35,200 nucleotides of DNA, taken from contig CAXHJY010001580.1 of NCBI GenBank assembly GCA_964016885.1, positions 1 through 35,200 on the forward strand, read 5' to 3'. Each line of letters starts with the position of its first letter. Position 1 is the stretch's first letter. This document shows, piece by piece, positions 11,662-22,945 of the stretch. The position numbers were made by a program, and so were the translations under genes. Under the pieces are notes generated by a model, which worked only from the letters and a program-made list of their open reading frames with translations, searched no databases and was not told the origin of the DNA. Origin of the DNA: Eledone cirrhosa (Eukaryota).

Positions 11662-13018
11662 CGTTAGACCGCCCCCTCCCCCCACACTTTTCCCCCACTA
11701 ACACCACTAACACACCCCTCCTTTTCACCGCCCACCCCACACTAACAATACTAACACCTCCACTCCACCCCTCATCTGACCACCCTTCCCCAACTAGCAA
11801 ACTAACATCCCTTCCCTCCCCTCTTCTCCTCCTCCCCCGTCCTTATCACACGCACACACGCACCCACGCACCCACTTACACCACCCACCCCACACGCAAC
11901 TAACATCACTAACACTCTCCAACCCCACGCACACGTACCCACACCACTCGTACACCACCAACTCTACACACCCTACCCCCACTAACCCCCACTCACACCT
12001 GCATTCCACCCCTCCCCACCTCCCGTATACTAACACCCACTAACACCTCTTCACCAAACTACACACACACCAGTACACCACACTCCCTCCATAGAAGCAC
12101 ACACACCCTTCTCTCCCCGCTCCACACTCACTCATCCCACTAACACCCCTACTAATACACACACACACACACACACACACCCTCCTCACTCCAACTCTCA
12201 CACCTACCCATCCTCGCCTCCCTACCATTCCGCCGACTGCTGCTATGCCCTTCCGACCACTGTCTCAGCACCAACTGACCACAGCACTTTCACTGCTGAC
12301 CACTTCCTGTTGCGCGCGCACCCCACATCTCTCCTCTTCCGACCACCGCTTCTTGGATTACCCACACGCGTTATTGACTTCCAACCAAAATTTCCATACA
12401 TCCGTGTAACTTACCACTTTTCAACCATCCTCTTACACCATCACCTATATAACTCACCCACACACACACCCCAAAAAATATTTGTTTATACACACGCCAC
12501 CCACACCCACAACACGCTTAAACCACACACACGTGCTTCCCACCACATATTTACACCCTCAGCCCCCTGATTCCTCTCCCCCACCCCCCTATCCACACAC
12601 GCACAGACCCTCCGACCCACAAAAACACACCCCACACACACCTTCCTGAACATGCAACCCCGTTCTTCCCCCAACCCTCACTTTCACATACACACACACA
12701 CACACACACACGCACACCTAACCACACACACCACCTTCAGCCCTCCCCGCTCGGACACCCCGTCTCCCTCTCCCCACTCCACCCGCCACCACCTCTACTC
12801 ACCCCACACCCTTCCACCACCTGTTTACCCCCCTTTTAATTTCAGTTTATTTTGATCATACCTTTATTTTTAAATTTTCTCATTCCTTGTATTTTGATCA
12901 TGCTTTATTTTTATTTATTATTTATTATATTTTTGTCTTTATTTGTTAATTTTTCATTCGCACCGTTTCCTTTCGCTATATGTCTCTCCACCACTCCCCT
13001 ACACACCTTTTGAACTCT

Positions 13019-13051
13019 CACCTGAAGAAGGGCTTATGTCCGAAACGTCGT
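13019..13051 (+). ncRNA. Minimal hammerhead-like motif
   Basis: CAC-CTGAAGA-AGGGCTTATGTCC-GAAA-CGTC-GT. There is a palindromic ACGT in place of stem III, and stem I is only ~2 bp. Confidence 0.55.
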
Positions 13052-13137
13052 CCCCCACCTACCCCCCACTCTCCTGAGCGTGAATTTAATAAACATTTAT
13101 CATACTGCCTCTCTGTTCTCTCCCTGTTCAATTTTTC

Positions 13138-13140
<3 letters not shown>

Positions 13141-13189
<49 letters not shown>

Positions 13190-13262
13190 CATATGTATGT
13201 ATATATATATATATATATACATATGTATGTATATATATTGTATATATATATATATACATATG

Positions 13263-13308
<46 letters not shown>

Positions 13309-13381
13309 CATATGTATGTATATATATATATATATATACATATGTATGTATATATATTGTATATATATATATATACATATG

Positions 13382-13422
<41 letters not shown>

Positions 13423-13477
13423 GTATGTATGTATATATATATGTATGTATGTGTATATATATATATATATACATATG

Positions 13478-13518
<41 letters not shown>

Positions 13519-13547
13519 GTATGTATATATATATATATATACATATG

Positions 13548-13584
<37 letters not shown>

Positions 13585-13665
13585 GTATGTATATATATAT
13601 ATATATACATATGTATGTATATATACATACGTATGTATATATATATATATATATACATATGTATG

Positions 13666-13697
<32 letters not shown>

Positions 13698-13707
13698 CAT
13701 ATGTATG

Positions 13708-13739
<32 letters not shown>

Positions 13740-13749
13740 TATACATATG

Positions 13750-13820
<71 letters not shown>

Positions 13821-13829
13821 GTATATATG

Positions 13830-13892
<63 letters not shown>
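13141..13892. repeat. 750-bp compound (TA)n-CATATGTATG microsatellite
   Basis: Directly visible. Confidence 0.95.
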
Positions 13893-13895
<3 letters not shown>

Positions 13896-14195
13896 AATTG
13901 AAACAAAATGAAAACGAAATTTCATTTCTCACTCTTAGTATGGCACTTACTTAAATGTAAGTATGCATGTATACGTACATACATATATGTATACAGACGT
14001 ACAGTAGCATGCACATATATATATATATATACATATATATATACATATGCATACAGGTACACATACATATATGCACGTATCAGTTTAGCGGCGCTAACGT
14101 CGCTTTGTTCGTTTGTAAACAAACTGAACAGCCTGAATTTATGCCATACGGTGTTAAGGCAACCACGTCACCTTTTTGTTCAACACTGACACAGG

Positions 14196-14240
14196 AACGA
14201 TGTACTAGTTTCAAGCTTGTTAGCTATCATCAGCACCGTT
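14196..14240 (-). ncRNA. Minimal type I hammerhead ribozyme, unit 1
   Basis: AACGGTG-CTGATGA-TAGCTAACAAGCTT-GAAA-CTA-GTA-CATCGTT. It has a 7-bp stem I, AGCT/AGCT stem II, palindromic ACTAGT and a GUA cleavage triplet. Confidence 0.85.
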
Positions 14241-14268
14241 TACCCATCTGCCAGATAGTTGAACGTTC

Positions 14269-14321
14269 GAAAGTATATACTTTCCTTATGAAAATTAACG
14301 GCTGAGCAGCCTAATTTGCAT
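14269..14321 (-). promoter_or_regulatory. Candidate snRNA-type promoter (octamer, PSE-like box, TATATA), repeated in each full unit
   Basis: Minus strand ATGCAAAT (14314-14321), CTCAGCCGTTAA (14295-14306) and TATATA (14274-14279). All three are retained in the diverged copy at ~9109-9157. Confidence 0.45.
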
Positions 14322-14661
14322 ATTGAGTGAGTTAAATCGGTCAGGCATACCGAAAACGATAAATTGAAACAAAATGAAAACGAAATTTCATTTCTCACTC
14401 TTAGTATGGCACTTACTTAAATGTAAGTATGCATGTATACGTACATACATATATGTATACAGACGTACAGTAGCATGCACATATATATATATATATACAT
14501 ATATATATACATATGCATACAGGTACACATACATATATGCACGTATCAGTTTAGCGGCGCTAACGTCGCTTTGTTCGTTTGTAAACAAACTGAACAGCCT
14601 GAATTTATGCCATACGGTGTTAAGGCAACCACGTCACCTTTTTGTTCAACACTGACACAGG

Positions 14662-14706
14662 AACGATGTACTAGTTTCAAGCTTGTTAGCTATCATCAGC
14701 ACCGTT
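14662..14706 (-). ncRNA. Hammerhead ribozyme, unit 2
   Basis: Same sequence as unit 1. Confidence 0.85.
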
Positions 14707-15127
14707 TACCCATCTGCCAGATAGTTGAACGTTCGAAAGTATATACTTTCCTTATGAAAATTAACGGCTGAGCAGCCTAATTTGCATATTGAGTGAGTTA
14801 AATCGGTCAGGCATACCGAAAACGATAAATTGAAACAAAATGAAAACGAAATTTCATTTCTCACTCTTAGTATGGCACTTACTTAAATGTAAGTATGCAT
14901 GTATACGTACATACATATATGTATACAGACGTACAGTAGCATGCACATATATATATATATATACATATATATATACATATGCATACAGGTACACATACAT
15001 ATATGCACGTATCAGTTTAGCGGCGCTAACGTCGCTTTGTTCGTTTGTAAACAAACTGAACAGCCTGAATTTATGCCATACGGTGTTAAGGCAACCACGT
15101 CACCTTTTTGTTCAACACTGACACAGG

Positions 15128-15172
15128 AACGATGTACTAGTTTCAAGCTTGTTAGCTATCATCAGCACCGTT
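15128..15172 (-). ncRNA. Hammerhead ribozyme, unit 3
   Basis: Same sequence as unit 1. Confidence 0.85.
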
Positions 15173-15593
15173 TACCCATCTGCCAGATAGTTGAACGTTC
15201 GAAAGTATATACTTTCCTTATGAAAATTAACGGCTGAGCAGCCTAATTTGCATATTGAGTGAGTTAAATCGGTCAGGCATACCGAAAACGATAAATTGAA
15301 ACAAAATGAAAACGAAATTTCATTTCTCACTCTTAGTATGGCACTTACTTAAATGTAAGTATGCATGTATACGTACATACATATATGTATACAGACGTAC
15401 AGTAGCATGCACATATATATATATATATACATATATATATACATATGCATACAGGTACACATACATATATGCACGTATCAGTTTAGCGGCGCTAACGTCG
15501 CTTTGTTCGTTTGTAAACAAACTGAACAGCCTGAATTTATGCCATACGGTGTTAAGGCAACCACGTCACCTTTTTGTTCAACACTGACACAGG

Positions 15594-15638
15594 AACGATG
15601 TACTAGTTTCAAGCTTGTTAGCTATCATCAGCACCGTT
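15594..15638 (-). ncRNA. Hammerhead ribozyme, unit 4
   Basis: Same sequence as unit 1. Confidence 0.85.
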
Positions 15639-16059
15639 TACCCATCTGCCAGATAGTTGAACGTTCGAAAGTATATACTTTCCTTATGAAAATTAACGGC
15701 TGAGCAGCCTAATTTGCATATTGAGTGAGTTAAATCGGTCAGGCATACCGAAAACGATAAATTGAAACAAAATGAAAACGAAATTTCATTTCTCACTCTT
15801 AGTATGGCACTTACTTAAATGTAAGTATGCATGTATACGTACATACATATATGTATACAGACGTACAGTAGCATGCACATATATATATATATATACATAT
15901 ATATATACATATGCATACAGGTACACATACATATATGCACGTATCAGTTTAGCGGCGCTAACGTCGCTTTGTTCGTTTGTAAACAAACTGAACAGCCTGA
16001 ATTTATGCCATACGGTGTTAAGGCAACCACGTCACCTTTTTGTTCAACACTGACACAGG

Positions 16060-16104
16060 AACGATGTACTAGTTTCAAGCTTGTTAGCTATCATCAGCAC
16101 CGTT
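16060..16104 (-). ncRNA. Hammerhead ribozyme, unit 5
   Basis: Same sequence as unit 1. Confidence 0.85.
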
Positions 16105-16525
16105 TACCCATCTGCCAGATAGTTGAACGTTCGAAAGTATATACTTTCCTTATGAAAATTAACGGCTGAGCAGCCTAATTTGCATATTGAGTGAGTTAAA
16201 TCGGTCAGGCATACCGAAAACGATAAATTGAAACAAAATGAAAACGAAATTTCAATTCTCACTCTTAGTATGGCACTTACTTAAATGTAAGTATGCATGT
16301 ATACGTACATACATATATGTATACAGACGTACAGTAGCATGCACATATATATATATATATACATATATATATACATATGCATACAGGTACACATACATAT
16401 ATGCACGTATCAGTTTAGCGGCGCTAACGTCGCTTTGTTCGTTTGTAAACAAACTGAACAGCCTGAATTTATGCCATACGGTGTTAAGGCAACCACGTCA
16501 CCTTTTTGTTCAACACTGACACAGG

Positions 16526-16570
16526 AACGATGTACTAGTTTCAAGCTTGTTAGCTATCATCAGCACCGTT
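16526..16570 (-). ncRNA. Hammerhead ribozyme, unit 6
   Basis: Same sequence as unit 1. Confidence 0.85.
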
Positions 16571-16991
16571 TACCCATCTGCCAGATAGTTGAACGTTCGA
16601 AAGTATATACTTTCCTTATGAAAATTAACGGCTGAGCAGCCTAATTTGCATATTGAGTGAGTTAAATCGGTCAGGCATACCGAAAACGATAAATTGAAAC
16701 AAAATGAAAACGAAATTTCATTTCTCACTCTTAGTATGGCACTTACTTAAATGTAAGTATGCATGTATACGTACATACATATATGTATACAGACGTACAG
16801 TAGCATGCACATATATATATATATATACATATATATATACATATGCATACAGGTACACATACATATATGCACGTATCAGTTTAGCGGCGCTAACGTCGCT
16901 TTGTTCGTTTGTAAACAAACTGAACAGCCTGAATTTATGCCATACGGTGTTAAGGCAACCACGTCACCTTTTTGTTCAACACTGACACAGG

Positions 16992-17036
16992 AACGATGTA
17001 CTAGTTTCAAGCTTGTTAGCTATCATCAGCACCGTT
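16992..17036 (-). ncRNA. Hammerhead ribozyme, unit 7
   Basis: Same sequence as unit 1. Confidence 0.85.
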
Positions 17037-17522
17037 TACCCATCTGCCAGATAGTTGAACGTTCGAAAGTATATACTTTCCTTATGAAAATTAACGGCTG
17101 AGCAGCCTAATTTGCATATTGTTGAGTGAGTTAAATCGGTCAGGCATACCGAAAACGATAAATTGAAACAAAATGAAAACGAAATTTCAATTCTCACTCT
17201 TAGTATGGCACTTACTTAAATGTAAGTATGCATGTATACGTACATACATATATGTATACAGACGTACAGTAGCATGCACATATATATATATATATACATA
17301 TATATATACATATGCATACAGGTACACATACATATATGCACGTATCAGTTTAGCGGCGCTAACGTCGCTTTGTTCGTTTGTAAACAAACTGAACAGCCTG
17401 AATTTATGCCATACGGAGAGAGAGAGAGAGAGAGAATGTTTGTTTTTGAGTGTGGAACGGTCAAATATGTATTTACTTCAATGACAAAGAGAACTTACTA
17501 CATTTCATACGAAACAACAATT

Positions 17523-18090
17523 ATTCAAAAGCAACAGATATATTTATTCAAAACAAAAAAAATAGCGATAAATCTTTTTTAAAACATCTATCAACGAACG
17601 TGGAAGAAAGAAGTATCAGTTCATTTACACAGTAATATCCTCTATGAGGGCACTAAACCTGCTAGAAACAGCAGCTAACTCTCCCCAATATCACACAACT
17701 CCCTACTGTCTTAAACTAAAGAAACATATCCTTTATGAGGTCACTAAACCCTCTAGAAACAGCAGCTAACTCTCCCCCATATTCAAAAGCAACAGATAAT
17801 TTTATTCAAAAACAAAAAAAGTAGCGATAAATCTTTTTTAAAACATCTATAAACGAAGGACGAACGTGGAAGAAAGAAGTATCAGTTCATTTACTATACA
17901 TATAATATCCTCTATGTGGTCACTAAACCTGCTAGAAACAGCAGCTAACTCTCCTCCATATTACACCACTCCCTATTGTCTTAAATTTAGAAAACATATC
18001 CTCTATGAGGTCACTAAACCTGCTAGAAACAGCAGCTAACACTCCCCCATATCACATCCCTCCCTACTGTCTTAAATTTAGAAAACACAC
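17523..18090. repeat. Nested local duplication: 91-bp subunits inside a ~260-bp duplicated block
   Basis: ATATCCTCTATGAGG.CACTAAACCTGCTAGAAACAGCAGCTAAC at 17635, 17726, 17905 and 17996. ATTCAAAAGCAACAGATA at 17523 and 17781. Confidence 0.85.
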
Positions 18091-18354
18091 ATTAGACCAC
18101 CATGCAGAACAACCCCATCGCAGCTCTGTTGTTCGGCTGGCATCGTCTACGCGCGTGTTGCGCAAGTACTGTGAAACGATAAATTTCAACACTTCTTTGC
18201 ACAGAGATAATATCCATAGGCGAAACTACAATTGTCACTGCTGGCGCAGCTCCTGCCTCGGTAGTCCAGGTCTTCAATTCATTCACCCAGTGCCTGGCAG
18301 ACAAAAAAGTGCTGCCATAAAATGGGTGGTACAACCTAATTTTGGTAACTTACT

Positions 18355-18385
18355 GCGCCAAGCGACGCCGGACTTTAATGCTAGT
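18355..18385 (+). mobile_element. Possible degenerate Helitron 3' terminus
   Basis: GC-rich GCGCCAAGCGACGCCGG is followed ~10 nt later by CTAG-T and then TA repeats. The hairpin is imperfect. Confidence 0.3.
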
Positions 18386-18409
18386 ATATAGATATATACA
18401 TACATATGA

Positions 18410-18413
<4 letters not shown>

Positions 18414-18460
<47 letters not shown>
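18414..18460. repeat. (TA)n tract, probable insertion target of the 7-kb array
   Basis: Perfect TA run that abuts the 3' end of the first unit and is absent at the internal junctions. Confidence 0.9.
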
Positions 18461-18464
<4 letters not shown>

Positions 18465-18649
18465 GATAAATCTACCAAGAGTTTACGGTAGTGTCCAATC
18501 CGTATGAAGAACTCAATGTATTCCGGATATCATGGAAAGAAGAGATGTAATGAAAAATCACTTTCGGTGAAAGATAAACGGTATACAGAGTCAAGATAAA
18601 ATATTAAACAAATAATGAATAAACAATTCCTTATATTAAACAAAAAAAG

Positions 18650-18803
18650 TTCATTATTTAACGATCGTTTCTAGGATATATATGTGTTAGAATTGGTATG
18701 CATATTCAACAGATCTATGTACAAAATTATACAAAATTATACAAATTATCAAGATTAAATATACATACCAACACATATATACGCCGTCTTCAGAAATAAT
18801 GAA
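18650..18803 (-). ncRNA. Type I hammerhead ribozyme with ~115-nt stem II
   Basis: TTCATTATTT-CTGAAGA-CGGCGTATATATGTGTT...AACACATATATATCCTA-GAAA-C-GATC-GTT-AAATAATGAA. It has a perfect 10-bp stem I and palindromic AACGATCGTT. Confidence 0.82.
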
Positions 18804-19350
18804 GTATATTTATTGATAATAACAACAATTCAAAATTTCAGGTCCGTTTGGGAACAAAATTGACCAATGAAAACACAAAGGGTTAAATGCAGTTCGGTGT
18901 GTGTATATACATGCAAAACCCCCACACATATTTTACAAAAATGTATGTATAATTTGCATACGCATACTAAAAGGATGGATGCAAATACAAAATTTCAAGG
19001 TTAATGTCTCTGTAAGTTTATAATGCACAGATAAGATGCGTATTGACACAAGTATGAAATTAAGTATATAAATATATTTTTTCATACTCACACATATCCG
19101 TACAATCACACATACACGCGCGTATATGCATAAATATACACATAACCACGAACATACAAACACACACACACCCCCACTCACATTTATATATGTGGATATA
19201 AAATCATAAGCACATGGATATTAATTCACTCACATAAAACACTGGCACACACATTTTTAGATCAAGATACAGAAATTAGGTGGGAGGGGAGGGGGAGAGG
19301 TCAGTATTCAACGGTCTGAGCCGACTGCCTAATATAGATGTATCTATAAA

Positions 19351-19483
19351 CTAAGAAAATAAAAAAATAAAAAAATAAAAAAATAAAAAAATAAAAAATA
19401 ATAAATAAACATTAAAGAGGAAAGAATAGAAAGAAAAAAGAAAAAAGAAAAAAGAAAAAAGAAAAAAGAAATATATCAAGAAA

Positions 19484-19514
<31 letters not shown>

Positions 19515-19517
19515 TAT

Positions 19518-19556
<39 letters not shown>

Positions 19557-19735
19557 TATATATATAATATACATATATATACACATAGACACACACACAC
19601 ACATACATAAATATTCACACATATACAAACACATACATACATATACACACATCCACACTAAGAACATACATACACACACATATATAAACATATACATATA
19701 CACACATACATACATATACACATATACATACAAAT

Positions 19736-19796
<61 letters not shown>

Positions 19797-20109
19797 TATG
19801 TATATACACGTACATATACACACACATATACATATAATCACACATACTATATAGACACACATATATATAACCACACACATACATGCACTTATACAACACT
19901 TACATACTAATATACATACAGATATACACATACATAGCTATATATACACACAAATATATACAGACTTACATATATACATACAGACAAATACTTACGCATC
20001 TATATATCGGTATATACATACAAACACCACTACACTATCACACAACTTAGAAATACAAAGAGAAAGGTATATAACTATACACACATACATATACAAATAG
20101 AAAAACATA

Positions 20110-20145
<36 letters not shown>

Positions 20146-20428
20146 TATATATATACATATATATATATAACATATATATATATATATATATACACATACA
20201 TATACACATACACACACATACACATACACACACATACATACATGTACACACACATAGAAATATATACGCATACACACATACACACATATATATAAAGTCA
20301 TACACACACAAACACCTACACGAACATACACATACACATATATAAAGATATATATACACACACACACACACACAACACATACACACATACACATATATAT
20401 AAAAAAAATAAATAATAAAGATATATAC

Positions 20429-20481
<53 letters not shown>

Positions 20482-20828
20482 CATATATATATACAAACAC
20501 ATACATACACACATACATAGACATACATGTACATACATACACGTACATCGATATACATACATATATATATACACACATAGACATATACATACATACATAC
20601 ACAACTTACATACACACATATATATACATGTATATTCATACATAGAATTAGATATATAATCATACACACATATGCACTTACTTATACTCATATATACAAA
20701 TACATACGCATCCATATATGCGTATATACATAAAAACACCACTACAACCTCACCTAACTCAGACATACAAATAAAAATAAAAAGGCATATGTATATACAT
20801 ATATACACGCATTAATAGAGACATATAT

Positions 20829-20878
<50 letters not shown>

Positions 20879-21115
20879 ATTCATATATATATATATATAG
20901 ATACCCACACACACATACCACCATAAATACACATACAAACACCCATATATATATATATATACACACGTATATATATATATATATATACACACACATAAAA
21001 AACAGACATGCACATATATATATATTTTTTTACACTTATATATACACATATTATATACACATACACAACCTCACATATACACACATACACATAAGTTATA
21101 TTATAATAATAAAAA

Positions 21116-21158
<43 letters not shown>

Positions 21159-21243
21159 CATATATATATATATATATACATATAAACATATACATACATA
21201 TATACACACATACGAATATAGACATATAATCACACATAGACAC

Positions 21244-21283
<40 letters not shown>

Positions 21284-21531
21284 ATATACACAGACACATA
21301 TACACACTCACATATATATGTGTGTGCACACACACATATATACACACATACACATATATACACATAAACACATATATGTGCATACATGCACACACACACA
21401 CATATATCACATAGATACGAAGATAGACATATAAATAGAGAGACATACATATATATACAACACACATACACACACATACATACACACACATATACATATA
21501 CATATATATATATATATATATATTTCTATAT

Positions 21532-21576
<45 letters not shown>

Positions 21577-21760
21577 CATACACATATACATACACACATT
21601 CACATACACATACATATATACATGCATATATACACATATATACATACATACACACACTCATATATACACACACAATCTTACATTCATATTTGCATGCGCA
21701 TATATGTATTTTTATATTCAGATATAAATACCCAAACCTATATAGACACCTACCTACATA
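19351..21760. repeat. A-rich heptamer repeats and a CA/TA low-complexity block internal to the PLE 3' UTR
   Basis: The same complex pattern recurs in units 2 and 3. Confidence 0.9.
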
Positions 21761-22945
21761 TATATTCATACATACACGCTTACAAATACAGATGATAATA
21801 GTATGGGGGAAAGGGGGGGTTTGGAGAAGGGGATCATAGTAAATATATGTTTCAAGAAACATAGAATATTTTCCGTATCTTGATCCAATGTATGTTTTTA
21901 CATAGTTTCAGTGTTAGGAAATACAATAAACAAGAACTAAGGCAAAATCTATGCATCTCAAAATAAACAAGTATACCATTAATTATATGTTAACTAAACC
22001 AAAGATAGTTAACATATTGATTTCTAAGGTGTAAATTAGTTAGGTTTATAATATTTGAAGCAGAATTTTGAAGTTAAATAGTAGTAGAGTATTAATTATA
22101 GTATAACTAAATTAAAGTTAATAACGTTATGGTATCAATATTAGGAAATGAATTTAGTAATAGGGAAAAAACAAATAAAATAAAGTATTACATCGGTAGT
22201 AGAATATAAATTATAGGTTAACTAAATTAAAAATTATATATTTATTTCTATAGTATATGTTAATTAGGTATATAATACATAAAACAGATATTGTATTTTA
22301 TCAATAGCATAATATAATTATATGCAAATAGACATCAAAATTAATACACATACATATACATATACATACACATACATATATACATATATATACACATATA
22401 TATATATATACATATATACACACATACATACACACACACATACACATACACATATACATATACATATCTTTTTCAAAAAATTGCATAGAATATATTAACT
22501 AGGTATATATCCAAAACACATCCCATTCTATGATTACATGACTTTCTGCAATTCGTCTGTATAAGGATACTAATTTTAAGCAAATTAAAATTAAATTTTT
22601 AGGTTGATTAAAATTAAAACCAAATTATAAATATATTTCTAAAATGTATATTAATTAGGTCTATAATACTAAAAATTATTTCTCTGTCATTGGATACACG
22701 ATATTATTTTGTTATATTTTATCTGTAAAAGAATTATAATAAAAAAAAAATTATAATAAAAGGTTTAAATAAATTAAAATTAATCTATAAATTAAATTAC
22801 TAAGTATATATTAGTAATATTTAAAGGTTTTTCACAATTTATGATTACATAATATTTTATATTCTCATCTGTAATAAAATTTTAATTAAATTAAATTTAT
22901 AGGTTAAATAACATTTAAATTAAATTAATTTCTAAAATAATGTTA

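Larger units (their letters stand above)
11444..13140 (+). mobile_element. 5'-truncated Neptune-like PLE with ~1.5-kb C/A-rich 3' UTR
   Basis: GIY-YIG C-terminus, then a long C-rich tract and an HHR at ~13020. The terminus abuts (TA)n at 13141. Confidence 0.75.
13893..17416 (-). repeat. 466-bp tandem array (~7.5 units), retrozyme-like non-autonomous retroelement
   Basis: Units start at 13893, 14359, 14825, 15291, 15757, 16223, 16689 (469 bp) and 17158 (partial). They are almost identical, with one HHR per full unit and no credible ORF. Confidence 0.93.

Noticed and set aside
13893-17416. CRISPR array or repeated small protein genes (93/112/66 aa)
   Set aside because: The units are identical with no unique spacers and the context is eukaryotic. 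The ORFs run through microsatellite and are not preserved in the 8760 relative.
18005-18391. 128-aa ORF
   Set aside because: It starts inside a 91-bp repeat and has no recognisable domain.
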